DNA of 64,000 nucleotides from an uncultured Nitrososphaerales archaeon (lineage in GTDB: Archaea; Thermoproteota; Nitrososphaeria; Nitrososphaerales; Nitrososphaeraceae). A program made the position numbers and the translations under genes. Below, one piece after another: positions 31,232 to 41,548 of this stretch. The number at the start of each line of letters is the position of its first letter. Position 1 is the stretch's first letter. A model generated the notes under the pieces. That model worked only from the letters and a program-made list of their open reading frames with translations, made no database searches and had not been told where the DNA came from. The stretch is taken from positions 768,001 to 832,000 of the forward strand of contig CAVOHZ010000010.1 in the NCBI GenBank assembly GCA_963695855.1, read 5' to 3'.

Positions 31232-32041
31232 ATGACTCGTAATCTAGTGGAAAAAGATATTAAATATATCAATCATAATGGGGTACATCTCTCAAATAGA
31301 ACCAAATTATCTTTATCAAATTTATTCATTTTTTTAGGAAAAGATCATGAAATTGATGCAAAAATTATGTCACCTAATAATAAAATGTTTATCATTGATT
31401 TCAAGATTGAAGACAAGTATATACAGGTAATAGATTCTGAAGAGGATTTTGATAAATTCAATAAGATTAAAGAAGATTTACCAGATCTTGATATCATAGC
31501 AATTGGTTCATCAAAATATGCCGGGAAATCAACAGAATTTGAGTCATTATTCCTTTTTGATTCTAAAAATTGCCGTATAGGTTCTATTTTTATTGAGGAT
31601 CCTTCTTTGTCTTTTGATTATGCCCATATTCTACCTCTAGTTACAAAATGCTCCATTCTTCATGGACATACCTCAACAGTAATGGTTGAAATCATTGGAA
31701 ATATGAGTAATGGCTTAGTTATGGATTTTAGTGAAGCTAAAAGACTTATCAAAGAGGCAATTAATAATTTAGATCATAAATTTTTTATCAATAGACAATA
31801 TCTACTAAAAGAAGACGAAAACTATTATTTTGTTCAGTTTGATGGACCTAGAGGATTTTTCAATCTCCAATTACCAAAATTAACGGTCTATCTTTTAGAA
31901 GATGAGGCTACTGTGGAAAATCTTTCTAGGGAGATAATAAAAATACTTTCTCCAAAAATGCCTAAAAATATCGATGCCTTGGGAGTTTATATTTATGAAG
32001 GAGTAAATAAAGGGGCCCACCTTTTGGCCAATTTAAAATAG
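31232..32041 (+). CDS. queD: 6-carboxytetrahydropterin synthase (QueD/PTPS) with a ~115-aa N-terminal extension
   Basis: FDYAH, CSILHGHT, VMDF, LDHK and TVENL in the C-terminal half. Confidence 0.85.
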   Translation: MTRNLVEKDIKYINHNGVHLSNRTKLSLSNLFIFLGKDHEIDAKIMSPNNKMFIIDFKIEDKYIQVIDSEEDFDKFNKIKEDLPDLDIIAIGSSKYAGKSTEFESLFLFDSKNCRIGSIFIEDPSLSFDYAHILPLVTKCSILHGHTSTVMVEIIGNMSNGLVMDFSEAKRLIKEAINNLDHKFFINRQYLLKEDENYYFVQFDGPRGFFNLQLPKLTVYLLEDEATVENLSREIIKILSPKMPKNIDALGVYIYEGVNKGAHLLANLK

Positions 32042-32200
32042 GTGCGCTTTTCCTATTGGTATTCTATAATTTTCTTTTTGTGTTTATTTTTAAATCTAAT
32101 ATCTAATTTTAACTGGAGAAAAATATCCAATCAAATATGAATATACCTATATCAACGTTAATAACCACATTGTAATATTAAGACTAACTAAATCTGAGAG

Positions 32201-34597
32201 ATGGAACCTAAAATCACTTTAAAGTCTTGGAATCATATATTAGAATCAAAAATTCTCAAATATTGGGAAGACGAAGATCTATATAATTTTAATTTAAAAG
32301 AAAATAATATTAACAATATATTTGTAATAGATACTCCCCCACCATATCCCTCAGGAAGACCATGGCATATTGGAGCGGCAGCACATTATGCACAGATTGA
32401 CATGATTGCAAGATCGGCGAGAATGGACGGAAAGGTTGTTATGTTTCCAATTGGGATAGATCGAAATGGTCTTCCAGTTGAAATTTACACAGAAAGAAAA
32501 TACAAGGTCAGAATGAGACAAATGGAAAGGGAAAAATTCCTAGACCTCTGCAAGTCTGCCCTTGATGATCTTGAATCAGAAATGATCAATATCATGAAGA
32601 ATCTCGGAATTAGTGCGAACTTTAAAGAATATTATAGGACAGATTCGGTTGAATTTAGATCTCTCACTCAGAAAACTTTTATCGATTTGTGGAATAAAGG
32701 TCTTGTATACATTTCTAACAGACCTAATAATTATTGTACAGATTGTGGTACAACCATTGCGGATGCAGAAATAATTTATGAAGATCTTCCGACAAATTTA
32801 GTTTACATGTATTTCGGTATTGAAAATAGCAATACCGATAAATTAATTATAGCATCAACTCGTCCAGAATTGCTTTTTGCATGTCAAGCTATCATAGTTA
32901 ATCCTAAAGATGATCGGTATTATCAATTTCACGGAAAAAAAGTAATACTGCCACTTTTCAACAGGAAAGTACCAATTCTTGTTCATCACTCAGTAAAACC
33001 GGAATTTGGAACAGGTATGGTAATGGTATGTAGTTACGGAGATCAAAACGATGTACAAGTTTTTAGAGACTTGAAACTAAAGGAAATAGTTGCTCTTGAT
33101 CAAAATGGTTATACTACGGATGAGGCTACGCCTTACCAAAATTTAATGATTAATAATGCAAGAGAAAAAATAGTTAAAGATTTAAGAGAAGGCGGCTTCG
33201 TTGAACGGGAGGAAAAAATAGTTCATCGTACACCACTTTGTGAGAGAAGTAAGACGCCTGTACAAATCATCCCTCTACATGACTATTATTTAAAGCAATT
33301 AGAATATGTGACAGTCTTGAAAGACATCTCAAATAATATTTGTTTTTATCCTGAAATACATAAACAGATCTTAAATAATTGGCTTGATGCAATTTCAATA
33401 GATTGGCCAATTTCAAGAAGAAGATTTTATGGTACTGAAATACCTGTATGGTTTTGTAATAATTGTCAGACTCCAAATCTTCCTGATTCTGGACACTATT
33501 ATCAGCCTTGGAAGGAAAGACCGCCTTTCGATAGATGTTCTAATTGTGGATCAACAGAGTTTACTGGAGAGGAAAAAACTTTTGATACGTGGATGGATTC
33601 TAGTATTACACCGTTATTTATTTCCAAATTCTCCCGAGATGCGAAATTTTACAAGCATGCTTATCCTTGTACAATCAGACCCCAGGCAAAGGATATTATA
33701 AGAACGTGGTTGTATTATACTCTGCTTAGATGTTACCAGCTTACGGACACATTGGCTTGGAATAATGTATGGATTATGGGTTATGGGGTTGATGAAAAAG
33801 GGAAAAAAATGAGTAAAAGTAAAGGTAATGTCATTGATCCTTTTCCTGTTATACAGCAGTTTGGAGCAGATACATTTAGGTTTTGGTCTGCAAGTGAAAC
33901 AAATTTAGGTCAAGATTTTCGTTGTTCTGAGCAAAATATATCTATATCTCAAAAATTTTTGTCTAAATTGTGGAATTTAGGAAGATTTCTATCATCATTT
34001 CCAATCCCTAAAGAAATTTTTGCAGATATTGATAGAAAAAGTATTTTACCAACTGATAAATGGATACTTTCAGAATTATTTAGACTTGTGGAGAATTGTA
34101 GTAAGGGATACAATATATTTAATTTTTTCATTCCTTCGAATCATATACGTGACTTTACTTGGAATCTTTTTGCTTCCCACTATGTTGAGATGGTCAAATC
34201 CCGAGTCTATGATGACTCTGATCCAGCCTCTCAAAATTCTGCACTTTATGCATTGCATAAATGTTTTTCGACCATATTGCTATTACTTGCACCAATTTGT
34301 CCTTTTATTACCGAAGAACTATGGAAAACACTTTATTCTTCACGAAGTATACATTTACAGAAAAAACCATTGACAAATGATTTTTTCAAAGATTTTGAAA
34401 AATTTACACAAAAAATCGTAGAATTTAATTCATTTGTATGGAATAGGAAAAAAGAATCTATTAACCCAGATACTGGTAAACCGGCTTCATTAAAAGACCC
34501 TATCTCAGTATCCGTTCCATTAGAGTTGCAAGAATTCCAAAAAGATCTTCAGCATATGCACAATTTGCATAATATCAATAATATTAACGATAATTGA
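32201..34597 (+). CDS. valS: Valine--tRNA ligase
   Basis: IDTPPPYPSG..HIGA (HIGH-like), DWPISRRR, DTWMDSS and KMSKSKGN. Confidence 0.95.
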   Translation: MEPKITLKSWNHILESKILKYWEDEDLYNFNLKENNINNIFVIDTPPPYPSGRPWHIGAAAHYAQIDMIARSARMDGKVVMFPIGIDRNGLPVEIYTERKYKVRMRQMEREKFLDLCKSALDDLESEMINIMKNLGISANFKEYYRTDSVEFRSLTQKTFIDLWNKGLVYISNRPNNYCTDCGTTIADAEIIYEDLPTNLVYMYFGIENSNTDKLIIASTRPELLFACQAIIVNPKDDRYYQFHGKKVILPLFNRKVPILVHHSVKPEFGTGMVMVCSYGDQNDVQVFRDLKLKEIVALDQNGYTTDEATPYQNLMINNAREKIVKDLREGGFVEREEKIVHRTPLCERSKTPVQIIPLHDYYLKQLEYVTVLKDISNNICFYPEIHKQILNNWLDAISIDWPISRRRFYGTEIPVWFCNNCQTPNLPDSGHYYQPWKERPPFDRCSNCGSTEFTGEEKTFDTWMDSSITPLFISKFSRDAKFYKHAYPCTIRPQAKDIIRTWLYYTLLRCYQLTDTLAWNNVWIMGYGVDEKGKKMSKSKGNVIDPFPVIQQFGADTFRFWSASETNLGQDFRCSEQNISISQKFLSKLWNLGRFLSSFPIPKEIFADIDRKSILPTDKWILSELFRLVENCSKGYNIFNFFIPSNHIRDFTWNLFASHYVEMVKSRVYDDSDPASQNSALYALHKCFSTILLLLAPICPFITEELWKTLYSSRSIHLQKKPLTNDFFKDFEKFTQKIVEFNSFVWNRKKESINPDTGKPASLKDPISVSVPLELQEFQKDLQHMHNLHNINNINDN

Positions 34598-34668
34598 ATG
34601 TTATTTCTATTTACTTCATGAAATTGCGAAAAGAAAAATAAAGATTGATAATAATACATTAAAAACAA

Positions 34669-35055
34669 TTAACTATCTATTTTACCATTAATCATGTCCA
34701 AAGAATCTTCTGCTACGTCGATTACTGTATGCGAATCAATATTCGGTTCCAAAGTAATCAAAACTACCATTTTATCTAAGTATATTGTCAGAATAGATAT
34801 TTTTTCACGTTCTACGTAGGAGAATCTAACCTTTCCCAAGGTTTCGTCAAATCTTTCTCTCATGGATCTTCTAATAGATGTTTGAGCAAGATAGAGTTCC
34901 TCGCTTGTTTCATCTACAATAGAGTCAATACCTTTCCTCATACCACCAGCTATCAATGCCCCGCTCTCATCAACTACCCCGGCATATCTTATGTCATCAT
35001 GTAAAGCAAATATCGATTTACATAACTTGTTGTAATCCATTGGTAAGTTAACCAA
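34669..35055 (-). CDS. Small thaumarchaeal roadblock/profilin-like protein (DUF6659-like)
   Basis: IRYAGVVD..G.LIAGGMRKG...MRERFD..LGKV...YVEREK pattern. Confidence 0.72.
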   Translation of the reverse strand: MVNLPMDYNKLCKSIFALHDDIRYAGVVDESGALIAGGMRKGIDSIVDETSEELYLAQTSIRRSMRERFDETLGKVRFSYVEREKISILTIYLDKMVVLITLEPNIDSHTVIDVAEDSLDMINGKIDS

Positions 35056-36216
35056 TAATTCTATTATTGAATGTTCGGGTTGATCCTAAAAATAAATAAC
35101 TAAGACAATAAATCAAATTTTATACTAAAGCCAGCCTAATTTCAGCTTGAATTTAACATACAAGAAAAACATATATCTGAATACAAGAAAAACACGATTT
35201 TTAGTAATTTTTCTCATTCTGCTCAAACGATATTTTACAAACGACACTGTTATTTCAATAATAATATACAAGCATCTTTCACTTAAAGTTTACCAGAAAT
35301 GAATTTATTTATTTTTAAGCAATTTTATTTATAAATTTTATATAAAACTTATGACTTCGTCTTTAATAGATTTAACAAATTATGAGCTATTAATAACTTA
35401 TTCTTTTTAATTAAATTCTTGATATTAAAACAAAGAAAATACTAAATTAATTTAAGATAATTCAAAGAACTGTATTAACAAACAAAATTTAATAAATAAA
35501 ATTTGAAATCATGACTGACATTTATCGAAATATCAAGAATATTTTATAGATTAAGGTAATTAGCTTTACTCTACATCCTTATTTTGCAATTTTAATGTCA
35601 TGTTTCAAAATAAGTAAAAAATTATGGTGTTTTATGAAAAATACACTTCTATATAATAGCAATATAAGTATTAACAAAATACTATATTGTAATTTTATAT
35701 TTTCATTACCGTGCTGACAATGCCATTAAATAGTAATATTTCCAAGTTTTTTCAACAATATATTGTATATTTAGTCACTTTTATTTTTTAAAATATGATA
35801 TTTATAAAGCTATATTTATCTAAACATTGTGGAAAAAAAGATAATAATTCAGGGTAGTAGATTTTAGGTTAGATGGTTCCAATTTTTTTTACGAAAACTC
35901 TCATCGTAATATTAAATTACAATAATAGATAAGAAGAATCATTTTTTCAATTCAATTAATATAATAGTCAAGAATAGTTAAAAAATAAGATAATACTATA
36001 GAAAAGACGAGTATAATAAGTTATTGAATTTACTATATAATTGTCTCCATCTTTTTATTATCTAGAGCTAACTTTACAAATTAGACTTTCCAGTATAAAA
36101 CAAACAGGAAAAAACCAAAATGAGTTGAATCGGAATGTTGATTAAGTAGCTGCAAAATTTGATTTAATATTGTTAACCTTTATACAGTAAGGAATTTAGT
36201 GATTTTCTTTCTGAAT
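35056..36216. other. Candidate replication origin: gene-free AT-rich region next to the cdc6 operon
   Basis: ~1.15 kb with no ORF; ORB-like TTCCAGTATAAAACAAACAGG at ~36088-36108; 14-bp direct repeat ATACAAGAAAAACA at 35158 and 35181. Confidence 0.45.
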
Positions 36217-36522
36217 CTAAAGATAATGTTTTTCGCCAGTATATCCTATATCTTGAAAAAATGAAATTATTTTTTTGATAAACTTGTCTTCTCTATTTAA
36301 TGAATAAACATAATTTCCTAATTTCTGTTCTATTACCCAATTTATCTGTATCAACTCTGATAAATTTCTTTTAATATCTTCTCTTTTCAAGTGTGTTTTC
36401 TTGTGAAGAGCATAAACGGTAAACAATTTGTTTTCTTCTGCCATTGTTCTTAATATTCTTATTTTTCCTATTGTTCCAAAGCCCGTTTCCACTATATCTT
36501 TTACAGATCTATCTTCACTCAT
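36217..36522 (-). CDS. Small winged-helix protein co-oriented with cdc6
   Basis: GKIRILR...TVYALHKKTHLKREDIKRNL.EL...WV wHTH pattern; starts 3 bp after the cdc6 stop. Confidence 0.8.
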   Translation of the reverse strand: MSEDRSVKDIVETGFGTIGKIRILRTMAEENKLFTVYALHKKTHLKREDIKRNLSELIQINWVIEQKLGNYVYSLNREDKFIKKIISFFQDIGYTGEKHYL

Positions 36523-36525
36523 CTT

Positions 36526-37689
36526 CTAACTCTTCTTTCCATTTATGATATCTTCTAAAATTTTTTCTAGTTTATCAATTGATGCAGATAACAAACTAAT
36601 CTTTTTAAGAGAATGAATTCTTATTATCTTCTTTGTATCCAGTTCACTCAACACATCCTCTACATCAACTTTTTTTATCTTATTTTCTTTAGCGATATCT
36701 ATGACCTGCATTCTGATCTCTTTTAGTTCTACATGATCCTTTTTTTTGATTCGCAATCCTCTAATTATTGCAAGTAGTATAACAATTTGTTCTTTGGATA
36801 AATCCTTAAGATCTTCATCGGTTATCCCTTTATAAATTTGTTCATGTACTCTTTTAACTTGGTCTAAAAGTATTTTTTTTGTTCCTTCATTCTCAGCAAC
36901 ATTTCCTGCATATGTTAAAAGATCTAATGCGTATCTAATATCTCCATTTATCCCAGGTGAAATTATTATTCTTGAGATCCAATCTATTATATCTGTAGAA
37001 ATCACCTCTTTGTTGAAAGCCTCTACTGATCTTTGTACGAGTATATCACTGACTTGTTCAATTGTATATGTTGGAAATTCAATTGGTATTCTTCCTAAAG
37101 AACTTAATTCTGCTTCATCTAATTTTTCATAAAATTCAATACTTCTAGCAATAAAGATGACTCCTTTAACATTACATCTCTTATTAGGGTTGAATTCATT
37201 GAGGCGGGTCAAGTCATAAATTATTCCAATATCTTTTGATATCTTGATGAGATAGTCAATCTCATCCAATATTATTAAAGCATAAGATGATGTATTATCG
37301 AGATACTCAATCATTTGTCTTAACATCTCTTCAGCACTCAGTCCTTGTGCTGGTAATTCGGGAGCGATACATCCAAGCATATATTTATAAATCGCGTATT
37401 TGTTACCACCTTGTAATTTTAGATTAATATATACAATTTTTGAATTAATTTTATTATTTGCTAGTTCTTCTTTTAATAAATTTCCAAATCTAATAAGTGT
37501 AGATGTCTTACCAATTCCAGCTTGACCTATTATCTGTAAAATTATTAGGGGGTATTTGTCAGGATCGTTTTTTAAATTACTAAATGTTCTTTTGAGTAGA
37601 TCAATTTGTTTTTCCCTGTGTGGTAATTCTTCTGGAATATATCTTGGCGAAAGTTTAGTCCGATCCTTAAAAACGAAGCTTTCCTCCAT
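36526..37689 (-). CDS. cdc6: Orc1/Cdc6 replication initiator
   Basis: LSPRYIPEELPHRE, Walker A GQAGIGKT, Walker B IILDEID and GDIRYALDLL. Confidence 0.93.
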   Translation of the reverse strand: MEESFVFKDRTKLSPRYIPEELPHREKQIDLLKRTFSNLKNDPDKYPLIILQIIGQAGIGKTSTLIRFGNLLKEELANNKINSKIVYINLKLQGGNKYAIYKYMLGCIAPELPAQGLSAEEMLRQMIEYLDNTSSYALIILDEIDYLIKISKDIGIIYDLTRLNEFNPNKRCNVKGVIFIARSIEFYEKLDEAELSSLGRIPIEFPTYTIEQVSDILVQRSVEAFNKEVISTDIIDWISRIIISPGINGDIRYALDLLTYAGNVAENEGTKKILLDQVKRVHEQIYKGITDEDLKDLSKEQIVILLAIIRGLRIKKKDHVELKEIRMQVIDIAKENKIKKVDVEDVLSELDTKKIIRIHSLKKISLLSASIDKLEKILEDIINGKKS

Positions 37690-37820
37690 GAGATTATTTA
37701 TTCATATTCTATCTAGTTGTTATTATTATTATTTCTTTATGATTTTTAGACTCGATCAAAATAAATTCTTAATATATTGGTCAATTCGTAAATATACTCA
37801 GATCCAACATATTGTTTATC

Positions 37821-38798
37821 TTAAAATAGTTTATGCTTTGATAATTTCTTTGCTTTTATAAAATCTACAAAATAATATAGATATACTCTCTCATTAATTT
37901 TTAATATCCATGGAATAAAAGCTTCCTTTTTCTGAGTGGATTCATTGATTTCAAATCCACTTTCTTCTATTAATTCCCTGAATGATCTTCCATCATATTT
38001 TTTTTCAATTTCTTTACCTCTGTTATAATCATATGGATCTGTAAAAATGACATCACTATGGGGTTTTAATAATTTATGAACTGATAACAATAATTCCTTT
38101 GGCTTTACCAATTCTATTAAATTCATTGCCAATGTCAAGTCAAATTTCATATTATGAAAAGGGAGAGAACTTACATCAGAGACACAAAATTCAGTATTAC
38201 CTTGTATATCTTCCTGCATCAATTTACGAGCTTCTTTTATAAACGAAAACGAAAGATCTACTCCTATGACAAATGAATATTTTTTTGCTAGCTTGAGTGT
38301 AGTTTTTCCCATCGCACATCCAAGATCTAGAGCTATTCCATCAAGTTTTGGATTTATACTACTAATTATACGATCGTATAGCTCATTTGGATTTATGTTC
38401 CATCTTAACGATTTAATTAATCTATCCTCGTCATGTTTTTCTAGTTGGAGCCATTTATATGGTGAGTACCATATTCCGCCTTCTTCATATATGTTACTTC
38501 CAATTGGACTAGATAAAGATTCTCCAGCGTTTCTCAAAAAATACTTCATTTCGTTTGTTTGACATTCTAATAACCATTTTCCATACATTTCAGTACGATT
38601 TTGAATATAATTTGAAAAATTCTTTAGAATTATTGCAACCCCTTCTATTATGGGGTATTTGGAATTACAATCTGGACATATTAAAAAACCTTCAATACAG
38701 TCTTTTCCCTCCTTATCTATTAGATTTTCCAACTGCAATCTGATTTGTTTATCTAAATGATTTAGACATATTAGGTGATTTGCAAAAAGTCTCTTCAA
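37821..38798 (-). CDS. Class I SAM methyltransferase fused to an N-terminal Trm112-like Zn domain
   Basis: LIC....EGFLICPDC..KYPIIEGV followed by ALDLGCAMG, GVDLS and DVSSLPF. Confidence 0.85.
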   Translation of the reverse strand: MKRLFANHLICLNHLDKQIRLQLENLIDKEGKDCIEGFLICPDCNSKYPIIEGVAIILKNFSNYIQNRTEMYGKWLLECQTNEMKYFLRNAGESLSSPIGSNIYEEGGIWYSPYKWLQLEKHDEDRLIKSLRWNINPNELYDRIISSINPKLDGIALDLGCAMGKTTLKLAKKYSFVIGVDLSFSFIKEARKLMQEDIQGNTEFCVSDVSSLPFHNMKFDLTLAMNLIELVKPKELLLSVHKLLKPHSDVIFTDPYDYNRGKEIEKKYDGRSFRELIEESGFEINESTQKKEAFIPWILKINERVYLYYFVDFIKAKKLSKHKLF

Positions 38799-38936
38799 TC
38801 TTCTGTCTAAGTAGTAATTATTTGGGAAAAATATAATTCTATGTTATTAGAAAAATATGAAAAATAATTAATATCAGATTATAAGAAAAAAATGGAAAAA
38901 TTAAATTTACTATAAAGTAAATTTAGCTTTTTTTTT

Positions 38937-40271
38937 TCATGATACTACTACTATTCCTCTGGATATTCCATTCCTCGTTTTATCGGCTGAGACAGTATCT
39001 GGAAAGGTTATTCCTTTGATGTTCAATTCTATCTGGTAAATTCCTTTTGATGGAAATTTAATCATCTGTGAATCCGATGCGTTCTCTCCAGTTAGATTTT
39101 CTTTTTTTATAATTTGATTTCCTTTTTGATCATAAAAAGTTAGGTCATATTTTATATCTCCCTTAATTGCTGAAGCTGCCAGTGCATCAGAAAAGGTTAA
39201 TTTTAATGCATTATCTTGATTTGATAGTACCTCACTAGGCCATTCAAATCTTGTTAGTATTCCTCCCTTGTCTGATACAATCTCTGGTGTTGTTTCGACA
39301 ATTTTTTCTTTAGCGGGGGACAAATTAAATGTCATAGTTTTTAAACCTTGGTTTTGAAGAGATTCTGCTAGTTTCAAAATATCGGCTTTGTTCAAAAGGA
39401 AGTGTAATATTAAGTTCTTTTCCTCCGTGAATGGGTCAATAGCAATGGCCCTTCCAGTCAAAGGATTGCCATTTACTATTGCATGGAAAGAAGTACTATC
39501 TCCAAATTCAGTAAATACTTTGGGTATCTTGACTTCCTCATGTACGAAAATATTTTGTTCTTGGATTCTCTTGAGATCCCAATTAAAAGGCATTATCCAT
39601 GAAATATCTTTCTTTGGTGAATCATAGGTAAAATTCTGTATTTGATCATAATAAGATATTATGGTAATATTGTAGTTCTTGTCACTTTCCTTAATATTGT
39701 CCTTATAGATGTCTCCGACACTTAGGTAAGAATCAAACCTAGGTGCAGTTTCAGGAGTGAAAATATTTCTATCGTAATCTATTCCAAATATTTCTATTGC
39801 AAAGTGATATAATCCTCCTTCCAACAATATGGGGCCGCTTATAGAGATATCTCCAGTTTCACTTGTCCAACCGCCAAGAAATGGTTCTGTTGAACCAAAA
39901 ATATTTACAATATTTCCTTGTTGTGGGTTTATTTTTAGCTTCAAAGGTCCTTGATGAGAATGAAACAGGTCCCTCATTATCAATTTTCCATCTTTTTCTA
40001 CCGAAATAAAATACGAAACATGTTCTATGTTTTTGTCAGTCTTCGCATCAAATAATTTTAATTCAAAAAAGGCATTTTCCTTGCTTTCAGATGTTAGAAT
40101 AGGTGGACTGATTTTTGTATATAAACTTGCTTCCCTGTCCCCGACCGATGCAGGAGGTAATGTTTCTTCGAATAGGCCATCTGCAATAACACTCTGAATA
40201 GGGCTACATATAAAAAATACAACTACAAATAAAACTGTTAATAACTGCCCATAAAGAAGAAAAATTAACAT
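38937..40271 (-). CDS. Exported thaumarchaeal surface-type protein
   Basis: N-terminal hydrophobic signal; beta-rich body (HSHQGPL, GGLYHF.IEI, MPFNWD, FVHEEVKIPK). Confidence 0.8.
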   Translation of the reverse strand: MLIFLLYGQLLTVLFVVVFFICSPIQSVIADGLFEETLPPASVGDREASLYTKISPPILTSESKENAFFELKLFDAKTDKNIEHVSYFISVEKDGKLIMRDLFHSHQGPLKLKINPQQGNIVNIFGSTEPFLGGWTSETGDISISGPILLEGGLYHFAIEIFGIDYDRNIFTPETAPRFDSYLSVGDIYKDNIKESDKNYNITIISYYDQIQNFTYDSPKKDISWIMPFNWDLKRIQEQNIFVHEEVKIPKVFTEFGDSTSFHAIVNGNPLTGRAIAIDPFTEEKNLILHFLLNKADILKLAESLQNQGLKTMTFNLSPAKEKIVETTPEIVSDKGGILTRFEWPSEVLSNQDNALKLTFSDALAASAIKGDIKYDLTFYDQKGNQIIKKENLTGENASDSQMIKFPSKGIYQIELNIKGITFPDTVSADKTRNGISRGIVVVS

Positions 40272-40313
40272 CTGAATTTGTGAATATTGTCCTAGTTTTT
40301 AAAAATCTTTCTT

Positions 40314-41042
40314 TTATAAACCAAGTGATTGAATAGATAAAAATTTTTCGCATTCATAAATCAATCTGGAAACTACAACATGTGCTTCTAAACTATATTT
40401 AGATATCGAGTATATTTTATTCATCCTGTCAATAACTTCTTGGGAAAGATGTCCACTCTGAAATCCTCCAATTACAAAAACGTAATGGCCATCATCTTTT
40501 TTCAAGTTTTCAGTTAAAATGGTCTCGATATCTTGATATTTTCCAAAGGTAGAAAAGCCTATAATTTCGTCAGGTTTCACAATTTTTCCTATTAATTCAT
40601 TAAAAGTCATATCCTTGATTTGTAATAGAATCTTCCTATCGGAATTTGAAGATAATATCTCCTTCTCAAGGAATAGCTTCATCATCAGTCCTTCAAATCT
40701 TTTATAAGATTTTGGAATCCGTAAATTCTCCCCTATCAGAATTACTTTATTATCAATTGTGTGAATATAAACTCCTACTAACCTATTATAAAATAAAGGC
40801 GTAGAAAGTATACATAACAAACATAAATGTATAATATCAGGACGTCCACGTTTCCATCTTGATTCAATTCCTCCCTTTTCCATAGCAGAATAGTGATAAT
40901 TTATATCTAGCAAAATTTCTTTTACAGGCCTTTTCATCTTTTTCGCATAATTTTTAACAACAATAATATTTTGTAAGTTTTTTGGGATGGTTTCAATCGC
41001 TGCCTCGGCAATTATTATCGATAACCGCAATTTAATATTCAC
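40314..41042 (-). CDS. nep1: 16S rRNA pseudouridine N1-methyltransferase Nep1/Emg1
   Basis: LLDINYHYSAM, RGRPDIIH, RIPKSYKRFEGL and IGGFQSGH. Confidence 0.93.
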   Translation of the reverse strand: MNIKLRLSIIIAEAAIETIPKNLQNIIVVKNYAKKMKRPVKEILLDINYHYSAMEKGGIESRWKRGRPDIIHLCLLCILSTPLFYNRLVGVYIHTIDNKVILIGENLRIPKSYKRFEGLMMKLFLEKEILSSNSDRKILLQIKDMTFNELIGKIVKPDEIIGFSTFGKYQDIETILTENLKKDDGHYVFVIGGFQSGHLSQEVIDRMNKIYSISKYSLEAHVVVSRLIYECEKFLSIQSLGL

Positions 41043-41072
41043 TAGTTGTAGCTGTTTATAATTTGGTTGTGA

Positions 41073-41115
41073 TTGATTTCAAAAAATTAAAATTTGATTT
41101 CAAAAAATTAAAATT
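41073..41115. repeat. Tandem 21-bp duplication TTGATTTCAAAAAATTAAAAT
   Basis: Two adjacent identical copies at 41073 and 41094 in the nep1/rnp4 divergent intergenic region. Confidence 0.85.
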
Positions 41116-41178
41116 ATTTATTTTTTAATCGATTTTCTTACATATCAAAGAAAGGTATTTTTATCTCAACAATTCAAT

Positions 41179-41490
41179 TTGGTATCTAGTGTGGTAAAAA
41201 GTGAGGCTAAATTAGTTGCATACGAACGGATATCTATATTAATCCACAGTGCTCTAAGTGAGAAACACCAAAATTATGATCTAGCAAACAAACAAGCACA
41301 ACTTGCAAAAAAAATTGCAAAAAGACTTAGATTAAAACTTCCATATAATCTTCGCCAATTTTATTGCAAGAAATGTAAAAATTTTATTTCACCAGGTTAC
41401 AATTCCAGAGTACGAATAGGGCGATCTAATGTCAAAGCAATAAGAATTACATGTCTAAGGTGTAACTATGTATACAGGAAATTATTTTAA
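41179..41490 (+). CDS. rnp4: RNase P protein subunit Rpp21
   Basis: AYERI..L, YCKKC...PG...RVR and ITCLRC...R. Confidence 0.9.
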   Translation: MVSSVVKSEAKLVAYERISILIHSALSEKHQNYDLANKQAQLAKKIAKRLRLKLPYNLRQFYCKKCKNFISPGYNSRVRIGRSNVKAIRITCLRCNYVYRKLF

Positions 41491-41548
41491 CACATTATGG
41501 ACAGAGAATAAGGTTTTATAAGGGTTCTAGAAATATTCTGATGTTATA

